DNA from: Octopus sinensis
Taxonomy: Eukaryota
Assembly: GCF_006345805.1 (NCBI RefSeq)
Contig: NW_021824614.1
Location: 1 to 18,157 of the forward strand
Length of the DNA stretch: 18,157 bases
Reading direction: 5' to 3'
Within the stretch, counting starts at the first letter, position 1, and each line of letters opens with the position of its first letter. The translations under genes were made by a program, and so were the position numbers. Positions 1-8,671 of the stretch are shown here, piece after piece. Under the pieces are notes generated by a model that saw nothing but the letters and a program-made list of their open reading frames with translations, was not told the origin of the DNA and made no database searches.

Positions 1-123
1 ATCTCGGTGACGGTCCAGAGAGGCGCGTAGACTCTCGGGGAAAGCAGGAAACCGTCCTATACTCCTCACGGTGAAATATGGTTTAACCATCCGTACAACA
101 TACATATCCACGCGCAGACGCAC

Positions 124-345
124 TCGACTTAATCCATTTGTCTCTCCTTGTTTGTCCCCTCTATGTTTTACCCCTTGTGGGCAGTAAAGAAATAGGTATT
201 TCGTCTACCGCTACGTTCTGAGTCGACTTTTGCCTTTCATCTTTCGGGAGTCGATAAATTGAAAAACATTTGCGTACTGGGGTCGATCTCATCGACTGGC
301 CGCCTCCCCAAAATTTCGGACCTTGTGCCTCGAGTAAAAAAGAAT
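124..345 (+). mobile_element. SINE family A, 5'-truncated tandem/dimeric copy
   Basis: 124-193 matches the 3' part of the copies at 2196-2426 and 7830-8051 (tcgacttaat..tgtttgtcccctct..gtaaagaaata). It then re-enters the head region (ggtatttcgtct..gttctgag) and runs through gcctttcatctttcgggagtcgataaatt to the tail also seen at 2530-2626. Confidence 0.85.
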
Positions 346-1075
346 GTTACTCTTCAACTCCATCTCGCTCCCTTCACTATACTCATCGTGTAGCGAAATG
401 CTTATATCAATGTTCATTTTTATTCATTATATAACATGTTTATTAACATGTTTATTAACTGAAGTTTTACACAGATTAGGTGTTATTATCGTACGCTGTT
501 TCTCTCCAGATTTCCTAATATCCTCTTTTCATATGCTCTTATATTTATGAAATTATTCTTACACTCATTCATACATCTATTCATTTTTCTTGTTTATCCT
601 TTCTTTTACGCGCTCAATTAATTTTCCTACTTACAAATTAATTAATTAACGGATTAATCTAACTCTAATTTAACAATTAACTGAAGTTCTAAGCTCTCCT
701 TATGACCCCCACATAGCTCTGAAATCCGTCTCCACTTCATTCGCTCTTACACACTTTTACAACTATCAAATAGGCTGATAATTAAACTGATCATTAAGTT
801 AATTAAATGGCGACATCACCTAGTTATTAAACTCGTTTCTCCGTCGGCCATGTGCTCCACTCCGTCACACAGTTCTACATTTCAGGGCATATCAAAGACT
901 GGGAGACTGTCTCGCTCAGACAACCACATTTCTCTATTCCTTTTATATGAATCACGTATTAATACGCTCCTTTCTATAATCTCGTCCCAACTTCTTCTTA
1001 CTCTGTCAGTCAAAAGCGGTTCTATCTAGATATTGACTGACGTCATAGAAGAAAACAAATTTTTGAAGAATAAGC

Positions 1076-1078
<3 letters not shown>

Positions 1079-1112
<34 letters not shown>
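1079..1112. repeat. (TA)n microsatellite
   Basis: Directly visible. Confidence 0.95.
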
Positions 1113-1116
<4 letters not shown>

Positions 1117-1396
1117 GGCTCCTAAATAAGGATGCCAAGTGCTGGGAACACAAAAGGAGATAAATTTATCGAGAGTGAAAATCAAAAACATTTACCGATA
1201 ACTTTACATCTCGGACTGATATCAATTTCTACCTCTTTCTAGCAAAACACAGAATATGTTTGCTAAGGCTGGTTTCATCAGCGAGACGCCTAAATTGAAT
1301 CGCAGCGCGTTAGACCATGTGTTGATCTCAACAGCTAGCAGATCTTAACTTTTCAAATCTCTTCGTCTTTTGTAATCTATATTATTACCCTTTTTT

Positions 1397-1399
<3 letters not shown>

Positions 1400-1429
<30 letters not shown>
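1400..1429. repeat. (TA)n microsatellite
   Basis: Directly visible. Confidence 0.95.
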
Positions 1430-1431
<2 letters not shown>

Positions 1432-1434
<3 letters not shown>

Positions 1435-1582
1435 CTTTTATTCTTTGTTTGTTTCATCTCCGACTTTAGTCGAGCAAATCGACCGCACCACTTATTCTTT
1501 GTAACCTGGTACTATTATATCGGGTCCTTTTGCCGAAACACTAAGTTACGGGGACGTGAACACACCAGTATCGGTTGTCAAA
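1432..1582 (-). mobile_element. SINE family B, 3' fragment
   Basis: tcgagcaaatcgacc..acttattctttgtaa..ttttgccgaa..ctaagttacggggacgtgaacacaccag..ggttgtcaa aligns with 2733-2846 and 15586-15697. The gactgcggccatgctgg segment is missing. Confidence 0.85.
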
Positions 1583-1622
1583 TAGTAATAGCCCTTAACA
1601 TAATGTATTTATTTAAAGGAAA

Positions 1623-1633
1623 ATATATATATT

Positions 1634-1686
<53 letters not shown>

Positions 1687-1710
1687 GAGTGTGTGTGTAT
1701 CTGTGTGTGG
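1623..1710. repeat. (TA)n plus (TG)n microsatellite
   Basis: Directly visible. Confidence 0.9.
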
Positions 1711-2195
1711 GGATTTTTATGTTGATCCATCTTCACAGATGATTATCCTATCCTCCTTGATCTTTCTTCTTCGCATTTACATTTCTGACTTTCCATCCAT
1801 GTCATAACAGATGACCAATCACTCCCTTTGTTAATCTGTATAGTGTGAAGCATTGCTTTCAGACAAAGTTATAGATTTCTGCACGCTTTCTACTGGCTAG
1901 TCTTTCACGCGTCAGCACTTCTGTTGCTATAGGAATTTTATTACATGTAATGATAAAGATGTTCACAAGAAAAGAATCATCTGTACGTCATTCTGTCTGA
2001 TTCGTACCTAACCTTTAAGCATATCTGGCTGTGTGGCTCCAGTTCGGAACTGCCAGTGTATTCCGGAGTGTGAAATCACATCTTAGACACAATTTGCTCT
2101 CGTTTCTATTCTGACACGGAGCATTATCTCCATTCAGGTATAGGTAAACGATCACATATTATGACATTATATGTGATATGACATATTATGACAAA

Positions 2196-2426
2196 GGCGG
2201 CGAGCTGGCAGAAACGTTAGCACGCCGGGCGAACTGCTTAGGGGTATTGCGTCCGCCGCTGCGTTCTGAGTTCAAATTCCGCCGAGGTCGACTTTACCTT
2301 TCATCCTTTCGGGGTCGATAAATTAAGTACCAGTTGCGCACTGGGGTTGATGGAATCGACTTAATCTGTTTTTCTGTCCTTGTTTGTCCCCTCTGTGTTT
2401 AGCCCCTTTTGTGTAGTAAAGAAATA
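2196..2426 (+). mobile_element. SINE family A, full-length tRNA-derived monomer with flanking direct repeat
   Basis: Head ggcggcgagctggcagaaacgttagc with an A-box-like motif and B box gttcaaattcc (2270-2280). Body gtcgactttacctttcatcctttcggggtcgataaattaagtaccag; ends gtagtaaagaaata. gatcacatattatgacatt occurs at both 2150-2168 and 2427-2445. Confidence 0.9.
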
Positions 2427-2529
2427 GATCACATATTATGACATTCCATCAGGGAATAAGGAAGTAGCTTCTACATCCGTTGGTGTCATAACCCGCAATA
2501 AAAAACTCCTAGAATGGAGACCCATATTG

Positions 2530-2626
2530 GGTCGATAAATTAAGTACAAGTTGCTCACTGCGGTCGATCTGATCGACTGGCCCCACCCCAAAAAGTTGGG
2601 GCCGTGTGCCTAGAGTAAAAACGAAT
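2530..2626 (+). mobile_element. SINE family A, 3' fragment with alternative tail
   Basis: gggtcgataaattaagtac..gtcgatctgatcgactggccccaccccaaaa..gtgcctagagtaaaaacgaat matches 248-345. Confidence 0.85.
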
Positions 2627-2662
2627 ACACTAGCCACTTTGCTATCCGATCTTAACTTACTC

Positions 2663-2892
2663 TCTTTTTACTCTTTTACTCTTTTACTTGTTTCAGTCAT
2701 TTGACTGCGGCCATGCTGGAGCACCACCTTTACTCGAGCAAATCGACCCCGGGACTTATTCTTTGTAAGCACAGTACTTCCTAACGGTCTCTTTTGCCGA
2801 ACCACTAAGTGACCGGGACGTAAACACACCAGCATCAGTTGTCAAGCAATGCTAGGGGGACAAACACAGACACACAGACTAGACACACACAC

Positions 2893-2938
<46 letters not shown>

Positions 2939-3240
2939 TTATTATATAGAAGGAGCTTCTAGGACTAGAACTGTTTCATTCAAGAGAAATCTTCAGGAAA
3001 TCTTCAGGTATTGAGTACCTTTTTACTGTGGTTAACCCCGAATCAACCCGGGACCTACATATATATATAATATATATATACGAAGGCTCTTTCAGTTTCG
3101 TCTACCAATCCACCTCAAAGGCATTGGTCGGCCCGGGGCTATAGCAAGAAGACACTTGCCCAAGATGCCACGCAGTGGGACTGAACCCGGAACCAGGTGG
3201 TTGTTAGCAAGCTACTTACCACACAGCCACTCCTGCGCCT
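2663..3240 (-). mobile_element. SINE family B, full-length tRNA-derived copy with internal (CA)/(TA) linker and a nested insert
   Basis: The minus strand begins aggcgcaggagtggctgtgtggtaag (A-box-like) and ggttcagtccc (B box), then cttgggcaagt, reminiscent of the CORE-SINE domain. A microsatellite linker follows, then a 3' module ending gctccagcatggccgcagtcaaatgactgaaacaagtaaaa(gagtaaaa)n. Same architecture at 6248-6642 and 15519-15922. Probably one of the octopus OR/OK-type SINEs, but I cannot assign the family name. Confidence 0.9.
2948..3060 (-). mobile_element. Nested insert in the SINE linker; putative Penelope-like pseudo-LTR fragment with a degenerate hammerhead motif
   Basis: About 110 bp of complex sequence flanked by (TA)n and absent from the linkers of the other B copies. 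The minus strand has CTGAAGA..GAAAC..TA in hammerhead order. The Penelope assignment is inference. Confidence 0.4.
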
Positions 3241-3469
3241 ATTACATAATATTAACTAAAGAAAAACATTGTTCATATTAAAAGAATCTTCTTTCTGAAT
3301 ATAGTACAATCTCATAACCTATTAATATTATACGACGTTATGTAGTTTTAGTTTAAAATTCCAGTCACTCTTATTTCGGTTAAGCTATTTCTGAAAAAAA
3401 GTTCAAAATTTATTTTTAGATTAAGACTCATAACTAGAAGCAAATTTTGTAGATGCAAAAATAAATATA

Positions 3470-3835
3470 TCTCTCTCTATATAACCGGCAGTTTGTCTGT
3501 GTGTGTGTCTGTGTGTCTGTTAGGTTGTACCCTCACCCTGACCACGGCTTTCAACCGATTCTGATGAAACTTGTCATAATTCAAAACTAACGCAGCGAAA
3601 ATTTTGAAAAGTTCCCCCAGTTCTGAAAAAAATCGATAAATTCGACATGGGGTCGAGAATCAGAAACCCAAACCACAGACCGTCTAGGGGAACGCAACTC
3701 CACCTTTTTTAACTCTCAAAAAATTTACCATCATTTTTTTTTCCATTTTTTTGCTATTTTTTGGCTATAACTCTCTAAAAATGCTTTATAGTTATTTCCC
3801 TTACAAACCTGAGCAACGCCGGGCGATACTGCTAG
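3470..3835 (+). mobile_element. Non-autonomous Helitron-like element (Lep1/HINE-like)
   Basis: 5' A|TC start (3469|3470), early (GT)-rich microsatellite and accgattctgatgaaactt motif. GC-rich subterminal hairpin cctgagcaacgccggg (3808-3823), 3' CTAG (3832-3835) followed by T. No target-site duplication. Confidence 0.75.
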
Positions 3836-4157
3836 TCTAGATATAAGAAAAGAAAGAATTATAAAAATGAAGAAAGAAAATGATGGCGAATTAATGAATC
3901 AACATGTCTCATATATAGCATTCATTGCCACAAATTTTGAATAGCTCTATTTGTTATTACAGAAGATTTTGACGAATAACCTGTGCACACACTCGTATAC
4001 GTAGACACACACAAGCACACATACAAAGACGCGCGGGCACACACAACAAACACATATATTTATACACGCATATGAATATATACACTCATGAACACATTTA
4101 TCCCCCCGCATAATTATGTGTCAATGTTGAAAAGTGTCGTGGAGCGCGATTGCATAC

Positions 4158-4158
<1 letters not shown>

Positions 4159-4202
<44 letters not shown>

Positions 4203-4583
4203 TTACTATATATAATATATATATATGTTCATTATATACATATATATGTATGTATTATATCTATCCATAATATATATATATATATGCGTGTGCGTGTAGA
4301 GCAGAGAGAGAGAGAAAAGAGAGAAGAGAGAGAAAGAGAGAGAAAGAGAGAGATTGATAGATCAATAGATTAGATTAGATAGATAGATAGATAGAAAGAT
4401 AGATAGATAGGTAACATAAATAGCGAGACACGAATACATACGCTCACTAATAAGTTTGTGTGTGTATGTATGTAAGTATATATATATATATATCTATATA
4501 TAATATATATAATATATATATATTATATATATATATATGTATAGATATATGTATGTATGTATGTAACGTATGCATGTAGTACG

Positions 4584-4614
<31 letters not shown>

Positions 4615-4650
4615 TGTATGTATGTATGCATGTACGTATATTCATATATA
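4159..4650. repeat. Compound microsatellite field: (TA)n, (GA)n, (GATA)n, (TATG)n
   Basis: (TA)n about 4159-4284 and 4478-4540; (GA)n about 4303-4352; (GATA)n about 4356-4410; (TATG)n about 4549-4630. Confidence 0.9.
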
Positions 4651-4943
4651 TCTTTATTAAAGAAGAGTGTGTGAAATTTAGGTAATTACTTATCTGACAA
4701 CCTAAGAAACCTTCAAGTTACTCTAAATCCCTCAAGTCCTGCCATGTAGTATCACTCATTTTGATATTGTGTATCATCAGGATGTCTCGAGATAATGAAG
4801 GGCGAAGGTCATTAATGTTCAATATACTTGTCAGACTTCTAGACTCAAATTACATTTGCGAACAAGTTTATTTTGGTCATTTACCTCCAACACCCACCTC
4901 TCCTTGCTGCTCTCTTTCTCACTCTCTTATTCAGTCATTCACT

Positions 4944-4946
<3 letters not shown>

Positions 4947-4982
<36 letters not shown>

Positions 4983-4988
4983 GTCTAT
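4947..4988. repeat. (TC)n microsatellite
   Basis: Directly visible; explains the SLSLSL runs in ORFs 4761..5081 and 4856..5098. Confidence 0.95.
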
Positions 4989-6073
4989 CACTCTTCCTTA
5001 TTCTCTCGTCCTTTCTCTGTTTCTCTCCTGATACCATTGACAACGCAACGACAAAAGATAAGTCCATATTTAGTCTGTTGATTTCCTGTCTCTTTTAGGC
5101 AGCTGATTACGAATGAGATTTTATATCTAGAATAGAGAATTTGAAGTGCAGTTCGTCCGTGTTAAACAAGCTATTCATGAAAGCATTCTCTGTTCAAAAA
5201 TTTTTATTAAAACTAAATTACCTAACACAAACACTAAATCAACCATATTATAATAGCTACACAGTAGTAGTTTATGAATATTAGATATTGGATTTAGAAT
5301 ATAAAGAGCATTAAGTATTAAGGGTTCCTTATACAGGTTCAAGTTGTAACAATTTTAGAAATGTACCGTATCGGATCGATTGTATTTTGTATGAAGAGCG
5401 AAGATATTACCTTCCGTCTTAGGGGTTTACAGTATTAAGACCAATAGAAGTGGTAAGTTAGTTAGAAAATTACTATTTTTAAATCTCACAATGAGAGATA
5501 TTCAGCAACAGTACTTTGGAGTAAAGATTTTCGCCAACACAACATGGCAGTCTTTTACTGTATTAGAATACGTTAGTATTATGCACCGAATTATACGCTT
5601 AATATATAATACTTTATTTGTATTGTAGTAAGAGGTTTGCAGTGTCATGAATCTAATTCTGTTAATTCAGGTATTTGTGACTAATACTAGAGAAGAATGC
5701 AGTTTGAATTTAAGTATTTGGCGCAAATAATTGAAGAATATACTTCACGAAATTTATCTAATATGTCAGCTATTGTTGTCAAACGGAATAATCGATTAAC
5801 CTCAAAGGGAATAGTTGAATTTGAAATGGAAACATTAAAAGGATGAAGTAATGCAAGGAATCTGATTTTTTTGTTGTTGTTCTTGATACTTCTCTGCTGC
5901 AGCGAGATGGCACATATCTTATTGACCCAAGGAAGATGAAATCGAAATATGAACACAACGTGATAAGAAATCGGACACTTGTGATAAATAAAAAAACACG
6001 AATGCCACTTAATATGACGCCCTATCCACTACGCAAAATCGCCATTTTAATCAATTCAATCGAAATCAAATCA

Positions 6074-6074
<1 letters not shown>

Positions 6075-6108
<34 letters not shown>

Positions 6109-6247
6109 ATATATGTGTGTCTGTGTATGTATGTATGTATCTATCTATCTATCTATCTATCTGTATATATATATATATTATATATATATATAATATATAT
6201 ATAATATATATTATATATATATATATATAATATATATATATGTATAT
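6075..6247. repeat. (TA)n/(TATG)n/(TATC)n microsatellite
   Basis: Directly visible. Confidence 0.95.
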
Positions 6248-6642
6248 ATCTTTTATCTTTTATCATTTACTTGTTTTGGTCAGTAGACTGCGGTCATGCT
6301 GGGGCACCGCCTGGAGAATTTAGACGAATAATTCCACCCAGTCATTTTCTTTTAAGCTTGGCACTTACTTTATCGGTGTGTTTTGGCGAATCGCTAAGTT
6401 ACTGGGATACAATCACGCCAAAATCGGTTGTCAAATGGGTTAGGACGGGGGACAGAAAGACACACAGGCACAAATATGCATGCATGTATACATCTGGCTT
6501 CTTTAACTTCTGATCAACCAAATTCACTCTCAAGGCTTTGGTCGTCCCGAGGCTATAGTAGAAGACACCTGCCTAAGTTTCCAGTAGTGAGACTGAAGCT
6601 AGAAATTTGTATCTGCCAAGTAAGCTTCTTAAAACACATCCA
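6248..6642 (-). mobile_element. SINE family B, older diverged near-full-length copy
   Basis: Tail tatcttttatcttttatcatttacttg, then gactgcggtcatgctggggcaccgcc, gctaagttac, ggttgtcaaa, caaggctttggtcgtcccgaggctatagtagaagacac and a decayed tRNA-like head. Collinear with 2663-3240. Confidence 0.8.
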
Positions 6643-7829
6643 CGTCTGGACGGTCCTTAAATCAAGTTAAAGGATTTTGCTGTGTCTAGGGACATACATT
6701 ACGCCAGTATATATAACTCACGCACTGGGTCAATTCCACTCCTTTATTATTAGTCAACTGATTAGATATTTATGCAACTAATTGATTTTTTGCTTAAGTT
6801 GTTGGCTAAACAATCAGTAGTTTTTTCGCCAAGCACTTTGGTTGCTATTTGCACCGTTTTCAGTGACATAAAGAGAAATGAAGTAAAATCGGCTCATAAA
6901 AGAATATTGTTCTTTTAATTCTTTCAGATCGTAATCTCTGTCGACGCTTGACATCACTTCTATTATGGACACTCATCAGAAAGTGTCCTAATACGCTCTC
7001 ACTTTTACATATATTGTAAGGAAATGATATTGCGAACGGGGAAGAGAGAGACATCTAGGTATTCATATAAATATTATTATCAAAAGACTGGAACAAACAT
7101 GTACACAACTATCTAGACCTACTTAGTGGTAAAAGCCCTTTCTTAAATCTCTAGTATTCTATGGAGATTATTCCTATACATAATTATAAGAAAGAGACCC
7201 GCGATGTTTAAAAAAATGGAGTTTATTGAGTTTACATTTATTATATTACAACAAACGCTATTCTCTGTTGTCGGTGGTTCTTTTTGTTGTATTGGGACTA
7301 TATCATAATGGAATTAGTTTACCGTAATGTACTGCCAAAATAAGCTTCCAGGCATGTACCATAATTAGATATGAAACAAAAGATATATACTGACAATGCT
7401 AATATAAATTCTGCTAGTCTAGTAATATAATACAAATGTATGCATACAAATTAGTATAAAATTCTCCGTATTCGCATTAAAATAAAGAAGAAGAAAATTA
7501 CACGCAGACATCTCGAAAATCTGAAATGGCCTATTTGAATATCGTGTGCTGAACCTATAAGTCATTCACCTCTCTGGGAGAAATACTTGCTCTATTTTCT
7601 TCTAAAATCAGTGGTCTTTTAGAATGTGAAGTAGTCTCTTTCAGTGCAAAGAGAACAACAACCTGGTGTATCAAAACTGATACAAGGAAGGTCAGATCGC
7701 TTCTAGCCTTTGACATCTGACTTCAAAATAGATAGCCTTTTGTACACCAAATCAAACAAACCCTGCATGAAAGGTAATCCGAGGAAGTCCATTAGAGCAG
7801 ATGAAACTTTATAACATTATATTGCTTAC

Positions 7830-8051
7830 CTGGCAGAATCATAAACACACCAGGCGAAATGCTTAGCGTTATTTCGTCTGCCTCTACTTTCTGAGTTCAA
7901 ATTCCGCCGAGGTCGACTTTGCCTTTCATCCTTTCTGGAGTCGATAAATTCAGTACCAATTACGCACTGGAGTCGATGTAATCGGCTTAATACTTTTGTC
8001 TGTCCTTGTTTGTCCCCTCTGTGTTTAGACCTCAGTGAGTAATAAAGAAAT
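7830..8051 (+). mobile_element. SINE family A, near-full-length monomer
   Basis: ctggcagaatc..ggcgaaatgcttagc..ctgagttcaaattccgccgaggtcgactttgcctttcatcctttc..tgtttgtcccctctgtgtttag..taataaagaaat; collinear with 2196-2426. Confidence 0.9.
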
Positions 8052-8116
8052 CAAAATGCTTATTATAATTTTGGGACAATTTGAAATCATGGTCATTATC
8101 ATCATCATTTTCTTTG

Positions 8117-8266
8117 TTCACCTTCTTCCCCTTCCTCTTCTTCCTCCACGTCTTCTTCCCCTTTTCCTCTTCTTCTTCTTCTTCTCCTTCTTCTTCTTCT
8201 TCTTCTTCTTCTTCTTCTTCTTCTTCTTCTTCTTCTTCTTCTTCTTCTTCTTCTTCTTCTTCTTCT
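8117..8266. repeat. Polypyrimidine tract with pure (TTC)n/(GAA)n array
   Basis: Uninterrupted (TTC)n about 8188-8266, degenerate to the left. Explains the poly-F, poly-S and poly-R ORFs. Confidence 0.95.
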
Positions 8267-8267
8267 T

Positions 8268-8587
8268 TTTACGCTTGCAACCCTTCTGCTCATGTGGTTG
8301 GACTCCACTTTTCCCAATCTTCTTACATTGATTTTGCGACTATTTGAGTCAATAATTTCCACATAATTGGCATGCAGGATATCGGCATATAATTCTCTAC
8401 TGTATTGCCGTTTTTCGATGTTTTCCAAGCACAACACTCTCCTGCCCATTGTCAACCAATCTCGTCTTACTTGGTCGACATTTAATAAAGTATTTAACAG
8501 AGCAGCTATATGTGCAAGACATTCACCAAATCTTTTGATCCAGGAACGTTGAACTCCATCTGGTCTCGGAACTTCTTGTTGCTCATA
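8268..8587 (-). mobile_element. Decayed reverse-transcriptase fragment of an R4/Dong-type (RLE) non-LTR retrotransposon
   Basis: Manual minus-strand translation with frameshifts: MSN../VPRPDGVQRSWIKRFGECLAHIAALLNTLLNVDQVRRDWLTMGRRVLCLENIEK/GNTVENYMPISCMPIMWKLLTQIVAKSM*/GVQPHEQKGCKRK. This matches the non-LTR RT N-terminal motifs (KAPGPDG, W..GR..L, NYRPI.CL..MWKLL, EQKG). Confidence 0.85.
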
Positions 8588-8606
8588 TATTATTATTATT
8601 ATTTTT

Positions 8607-8671
<65 letters not shown>
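8588..8671. repeat. (TAT)n, i.e. (TAA)n tail on the minus strand of the adjacent LINE 3' end
   Basis: Directly visible; abuts the LINE 3' UTR. Confidence 0.9.

Noticed and set aside
432-688. 12-bp tandem duplication (432-455) and 13-bp direct repeat ATTAACTGAAGTT (454-466, 676-688)
   Set aside because: Ordinary slippage and chance-level matches in AT-rich DNA.
2196-3240. tRNA genes
   Set aside because: The A/B-box heads belong to multi-copy SINEs and I could not fold a convincing cloverleaf.
3562-3575. Other CTGATGA/CTGAAGA motifs (3562; minus strand near 6974, 4776 and 13146; plus strand near 13274)
   Set aside because: None has a properly placed stem II, GAAA and stem III.
7411-7422. CTGCTAGTCTAG identical to the Helitron 3' junction at 3829-3840
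   Set aside because: No upstream hairpin or other homology; a 12-bp match alone is insufficient.
8035-8455. Poly-F, poly-S and poly-R ORFs
   Set aside because: They are translations of (TTC)n. Only the non-repetitive part of 8105..8455 reflects the decayed RT.
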